Source: a virus (taxonomy: Duplodnaviria; Heunggongvirae; Uroviricota; Caudoviricetes). From it: a stretch of DNA of 39,952 nucleotides. The position numbers and the translations under genes are program-made. Positions 35,810 to 39,952 of this stretch are shown here, one piece after another. The notes below the pieces were generated by a model. That model saw only the letters and a program-made list of their open reading frames with translations, searched no databases and was not told the DNA's origin. Location of the stretch: IMG/VR virus record IMGVR_UViG_2880384115_000007. The stretch is one strand, 5' to 3'. The first letter of the stretch is position 1, and the number at the start of each line of letters is the position of its first letter.

Positions 35810-36687
35810 GCAATGATATCGCAATCACATCACAACCAGGCGCAACTGTAGGCACTGCTGCGGCAATCTTCAGCCCCGAGGGCATGAATCAACTGGTGCG
35901 TTTCGCTGAGTTGATGTCACAAAGCAAAGCGACTGTACCGAAACATCTTGAAGGCAAACCTGCCGATTGCCTGGCGGTGACCATGCAGGCGGCACAGTGG
36001 GGAATGAACCCTTTCGCCGTGGCGCAGAAAACGCATGTGGTAAACGGAACGTTAGGCTACGAAGCACAGTTGGTAAACGCGGTCGTATCCTCTTCCAGCC
36101 TGCTAGCGACACGCCTGAATTATCGCTGGAGCGGTGACTGGTCGAATGTTAACGGCAAAACAGATAAATCACCGAATCTGACGGTAACTGTGTCAGCAGT
36201 CCTTAAAGGAGAAGCAGAACCACGTGAGCTTACCATCAGTATGGCGCAAGCCGGAGTGCGTAACTCTCCATTGTGGGAACAGGATCCGCGCCAGCAACTT
36301 GCCTATCTTTGCACGAAACGATGGGCTCGCCTGCACGCTCCTGATGTACTTCTTGGTGTTTACACCCCTGACGAATTACAGGAAACGGCACCGCGCGTTG
36401 AGCGAGACATTACTCCGCAAACAACTACTGCTGCGGGAATGAACAGTCTGATCAACGCTAAACCAGTGAAAAAGCCTGATGAGCAAACGCGTAAAGCGGA
36501 TAGCCGTGATCCAGAAGAAATGCTGATGGCCTTTACCAGCGCAGCGATGAATTACAGCACTGTCTCCGAACTGGATAAGGCTTACAAATACATTGCACAA
36601 AAACTTTCAGATGATGACGAACTGCTGGCAAAAGCCACCGACGTTTACAGCGTTCGTCGGGAAGAATTAAACGAAACATCTATGTAA
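35806..36687 (+). CDS. recT: RecT-family single-strand annealing recombinase
   Basis: 293 aa; paired with an upstream exonuclease; composition and length consistent with RecT-family proteins. Confidence 0.65.
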   Translation: MSNDIAITSQPGATVGTAAAIFSPEGMNQLVRFAELMSQSKATVPKHLEGKPADCLAVTMQAAQWGMNPFAVAQKTHVVNGTLGYEAQLVNAVVSSSSLLATRLNYRWSGDWSNVNGKTDKSPNLTVTVSAVLKGEAEPRELTISMAQAGVRNSPLWEQDPRQQLAYLCTKRWARLHAPDVLLGVYTPDELQETAPRVERDITPQTTTAAGMNSLINAKPVKKPDEQTRKADSRDPEEMLMAFTSAAMNYSTVSELDKAYKYIAQKLSDDDELLAKATDVYSVRREELNETSM

Positions 36688-36736
36688 CCACCACCGCGGC
36701 GCCACACGCGCCGCACTGCAACCAAGAGAGGTATTT

Positions 36737-36985
36737 ATGAAAGGTGCATTAGGTAAGAAGGAACTCCTGGCGGTGGTGCCACTGTCATGGAGCACTATCG
36801 ACCGTATGGAGCGCGCAGGGGAATTTCCTAAACGCTGGTATATCACTGACAAACGCTGCGCATGGAACCGTGACGAAGTTGAGCGTTGGCTTGATGAACG
36901 TCAGGCAGCAAGCCCGGCAGAGTTCCAGGGTAAAAAACCTCCTGTTCAGCAACGTGTATATCGTCCCGTGAGCAACGCTGCATGA
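36737..36985 (+). CDS. AlpA-family DNA-binding regulator / excisionase-like protein
   Basis: 82 aa with AlpA-like pattern (LLAVVPLSWSTIDRMERAGEFPKRWYITDKRCAWNRDEVERWL); AGAGAGG RBS. Confidence 0.6.
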   Translation: MKGALGKKELLAVVPLSWSTIDRMERAGEFPKRWYITDKRCAWNRDEVERWLDERQAASPAEFQGKKPPVQQRVYRPVSNAA

Positions 36986-37094
36986 GTGCGCTGCTAAGGC
37001 ACTGGATCAAATGGTCAGGATGGTACTTATTCCTGGCCTCTGTTTCAGCATGGCTTTATCTGCTGGCATTAATTTTCAGAGAGGGTTGGATTAA

Positions 37095-37394
37095 GTGAGA
37101 AAGTTAAGCCGACTTGAAAAATATCACATGAATAAGGTTTCAATGCGCAGTCCGTCAAAGATTGTCGCCGTTACTCCTGCGGCGATAGAGATCGAAAAAC
37201 GCGCGATTGAAAGAGAGAAAAAAGGGCAGTTCCGCATTGCCGCCCACCTTTGGCTTCAGTGTATGGATGTTGCTTCTGGTGATGTTGAACGTGCAAGGAT
37301 CGCGATTCTCAGGGACCAATGTATCACAAAAGGTAACGGACTTCGCCGTGGCGACTATAGCGGCATAGGATGTTGTGGGGTGGTTTATGACTAA
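37095..37394 (+). CDS. Hypothetical small regulator (weak PerC-like resemblance)
   Basis: 99 aa, GTG start with GAGGG RBS; segment FRIAAHLWLQCMDVASGDVERARIAILRDQCI loosely resembles PerC-family activators; low confidence. Confidence 0.3.
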   Translation: MRKLSRLEKYHMNKVSMRSPSKIVAVTPAAIEIEKRAIEREKKGQFRIAAHLWLQCMDVASGDVERARIAILRDQCITKGNGLRRGDYSGIGCCGVVYD

Positions 37395-38037
37395 GAAATA
37401 CACACTAATCTATGCAGATCCACCCTGGGCATACCGGGACAAAGCCACAGATGGTAATCGCGGTGCCGGTTTTAAATATCCGGTTATGAGTGTGCTGGAT
37501 ATCTGCCGCCTTCCTGTGTGGGATTTGGCCGGTGAAAACTGTCTGTTGGCCATGTGGTGGGTGCCAACACAACCACTCGAAGCACTAAAAGTTGTTGAAG
37601 CCTGGGGATTTCGTCTGATGACGATGAAGGGCTTCACGTGGATAAAATGTGGTAGTCGACAACCAGATAAACTGGTTATGGGTATGGGACACATGACTCG
37701 CGCCAATAGTTAAGATTGCCTGTTTGCGGTAAAGGGAAAACTACCTACGCGCATTAATGCAGGGATCGTTCAGTCATTTACCGCACCGCGGCTTGAGCAT
37801 TCAAGAAAGCCAGATATCGTTCGTGAAAAACTTGTGCAATTATTAGGCGATGTTTCTCGCATTGAACTGTTCGCCCGCCAGACGTCTCATGGCTTTGATG
37901 TTTGGGGTAATCAGTGCGAAGACCCGGCAGTGCAACTACACCCTGGATACGCGTTGGATATTGGCGGATTAACAAATGCATTCAGCAATGCTCCGCTGTC
38001 ACCAATAGACAACCAGGGGCGGGAGCGTGCAGCATGA
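37387..38037 (+). pseudogene. N6-adenine DNA methyltransferase (MT-A70-like, DPPW motif) interrupted by an in-frame TAA
   Basis: N-terminal part has YADPPWAY; TAA at 37711..37713; conserved C-terminal half continues in the same frame to 38037 (…CLFAVKGKLP…RLEHSRKPDIVREKL…[19 protein letters not shown]). Confidence 0.7.
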
Positions 38038-38693
38038 GCCTATATCAACGCATCAATGGCGCTGACTGGTGCAATATCTTCGTCGTCGGCGATCTGCATG
38101 GGTGCTACACGCTGCTGATGAACGAACTCGACAAAGTTTCATTCGACCCGGCGCGCGATTTACTTATTTCCGTTGGTGACCTTGTTGACCGCGGCGCTGA
38201 AAACCTCGAATGCCTGGATTTGATTACTATGCCGTGGTTCCGAGCTGTTCGTGGCAACCATGAGCAGATGATGCTGGATGCACTGGTCAACGGCGGAAGT
38301 TTCGGACATTGGATGTCAAACGGCGGTGGATGGTGGCACCAACTTGATTCTGAGCAGGATGTGCAAATCAAATACCTTCTGCCAAAGATTGCCAACCTCC
38401 CGATGATTATCGAACTGGTTACCGGCAATAAGAAGGTCGTCATCTGTCACGCAGACTACCCGCACAACGAATACGCATTCGATAAGCAAGTACCAGAAGA
38501 AATGGTGATATGGAATCGTGAGCGGGTTAGCGACGCGCAGGACGGTATTGTCTCGGAGATAACCGGTGCCGATTTGTTCATCTTCGGTCATACGCCAGCA
38601 CATCACCCACTGGTGTATGCAAACCAGATGTACATCGACACCGGCGCAGTGTTCTGCGGAAATCTGACGCTTATCAAAGTCCAGGAAGGATAG
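38034..38693 (+). CDS. Serine/threonine protein phosphatase (lambda-phosphatase-like metallophosphoesterase)
   Basis: Start at ATG 38034 overlapping the methyltransferase stop; metallophosphatase motifs GDLHG, GDLVDRG, GNHE. Confidence 0.75.
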   Translation: MSLYQRINGADWCNIFVVGDLHGCYTLLMNELDKVSFDPARDLLISVGDLVDRGAENLECLDLITMPWFRAVRGNHEQMMLDALVNGGSFGHWMSNGGGWWHQLDSEQDVQIKYLLPKIANLPMIIELVTGNKKVVICHADYPHNEYAFDKQVPEEMVIWNRERVSDAQDGIVSEITGADLFIFGHTPAHHPLVYANQMYIDTGAVFCGNLTLIKVQEG

Positions 38694-38695
38694 AA

Positions 38696-39952
38696 TTATT
38701 TATTACTGTCTTCCATCCACTTCTCAAACTTCGACGGGGAGAACGGAATCAGATCCGTATGCTCCCCGTCAATCCAGGAATCAATCATATCTGCCCACTG
38801 CTGCAACATGTAGGCGCGCTGTCTGGCGTATTCCGCTTTGTTATATACGGCGCGCACACCTTTCTGCTCATGTGCCAGAGCCTTTTCAATCCAGTCTGAA
38901 GGATAACCAGCCTCATGCAACAACGTACTGGCTGTACGGCGCATATCGTGTACGGTGAAGTCCTGAATATGCTCACCATCTTCATTTATTATTTTCACCG
39001 TTCTGTCGATCAGAGAGTTCAACGCGGCATTAGATAATGGCTTCCGGAAATTGTAACGACCAGGAACCAGGTATTCACTTCCACCAGCGCACATCTGCAA
39101 CCCAACCAATATATCCTGTGCTTGTTTAGGCAGGTAAATAACGTGCGCCCGGCTTCCCTTCATGCGGCCTGAAGGAATTGTCCATGTCCATTTTTTAAAA
39201 TCTATTTCATCCCACGTTGCATTGGTGAATTCGCCTTTACGAACCATAGTGATAAGCACCAGCTTTAAAGCCATTTTCATAGTGCCCATAGCACCAATGG
39301 CATCCAGCGTGCGGAAGAACAGACCAATTTCTTCTGGTGTCAGTGTTCGCTCTCGTGGTTTAAATATGGCGATAGACGAAGGTTTAATGTCAGCAGCAGG
39401 ATTAAACAAACCATGACCACGGTCATTGGCGTGACGGTATACGCTGCTGATGATCTCCCTGGCCTGTACTGCTGTTGCCCGACCACCGCGTTCGACAATC
39501 CGGTCACACAAATCACGAACCATCGATGTGGTAATTTCAGCCATCATTTTGTTGCCAAGAACCGGAAGTATGTCACGGTCGATCACCGCCTGCTTCATTG
39601 CGCGGGTACTTTCAGCCAGGATGACGTGTTTCATATAACTGTCGGTATGTACCGCAAACGTCTCGGCACCACGAATCTTTTTGATACCGTCACGTTTAGC
39701 CGCAGCCGGCGACTGGCCTGCTTTAAGCAGCTTCTTTGCAGCAATCAGTTCTTCTCGCGCTTCTGCCAGGCTGATACCGTCACGCCCATACTGCCCGATT
39801 ACCAGTGTTTCGCGGCGACCGTTGATACGGTAGTCATAGCGAAACGAGACCGTACCTGACGTAAGCACAGCTACATACAGCCCGTCACGATCGGAAACTT
39901 TGTACAGTTTGTCCTGTGGCTTGAGGTTTTTTAATTTTGTATCGGTAAGCAC
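38696..39952 (-). CDS. int: Tyrosine integrase, P4-like family (N-terminus at the window edge)
   Basis: 418 aa; N-terminal arm domain (LTDTKLKNLKPQDKLYKVSDRDGLYVAV) and C-terminal catalytic domain (…HDMRRTASTLL…ALAH…VYNKAEY); ORF begins with GTG at the last window base so the true start may lie outside. Confidence 0.85.
   Translation of the reverse strand: MLTDTKLKNLKPQDKLYKVSDRDGLYVAVLTSGTVSFRYDYRINGRRETLVIGQYGRDGISLAEAREELIAAKKLLKAGQSPAAAKRDGIKKIRGAETFAVHTDSYMKHVILAESTRAMKQAVIDRDILPVLGNKMMAEITTSMVRDLCDRIVERGGRATAVQAREIISSVYRHANDRGHGLFNPAADIKPSSIAIFKPRERTLTPEEIGLFFRTLDAIGAMGTMKMALKLVLITMVRKGEFTNATWDEIDFKKWTWTIPSGRMKGSRAHVIYLPKQAQDILVGLQMCAGGSEYLVPGRYNFRKPLSNAALNSLIDRTVKIINEDGEHIQDFTVHDMRRTASTLLHEAGYPSDWIEKALAHEQKGVRAVYNKAEYARQRAYMLQQWADMIDSWIDGEHTDLIPFSPSKFEKWMEDSNK

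Noticed and set aside
37711-37713. In-frame stop in the methyltransferase as a recoded amino acid
   Set aside because: The codon is TAA, not UGA or UAG; there is no SECIS-like element or pyl machinery. Pseudogene or sequencing error is the simpler explanation.

Overview
The window is almost entirely one temperate prophage (about 1.15 kb to the window end), flanked on the left by two probable host genes (1..1071, + strand) and a bidirectional terminator. Coordinates of fine motifs were counted from ORF-track anchors and may be off by 1-2 bp. Layout, right to left on the minus strand: P4-family tyrosine integrase at the window edge; a lambda-like immunity and replication region (CI-like repressor without a peptidase domain, divergent Cro-like gene, O-like initiator with in-gene iterons, P-like helicase loader); small accessory genes; terminase small and large subunits; portal, scaffold and major capsid; tail tubular and internal virion proteins resembling T7/epsilon15-type podoviruses; a mosaic tailspike; and a holin / GH19 endolysin / embedded spanin lysis cassette. 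A plus-strand early operon next to the integrase carries a RecE-like exonuclease, RecT, an AlpA-like regulator, a methyltransferase broken by an in-frame stop, and a Ser/Thr phosphatase. Two plus-strand islands interrupt the late operon: a tRNA-Arg(UCU) island, and a moron island holding a LexA-box-controlled small gene, a Bro-N protein and an AT-rich unknown gene. The most interesting signals are (1) a candidate SOS-inducible antirepressor module, (2) a dyad TTACC-N5-GGTAA found at 11 intergenic sites including three between cI and cro, suggesting a dispersed operator regulon, and (3) a perfect 12-bp palindrome GTGACATGTCAC present three times at module junctions. All functional calls rest on motif recognition and gene order; no database search was run.
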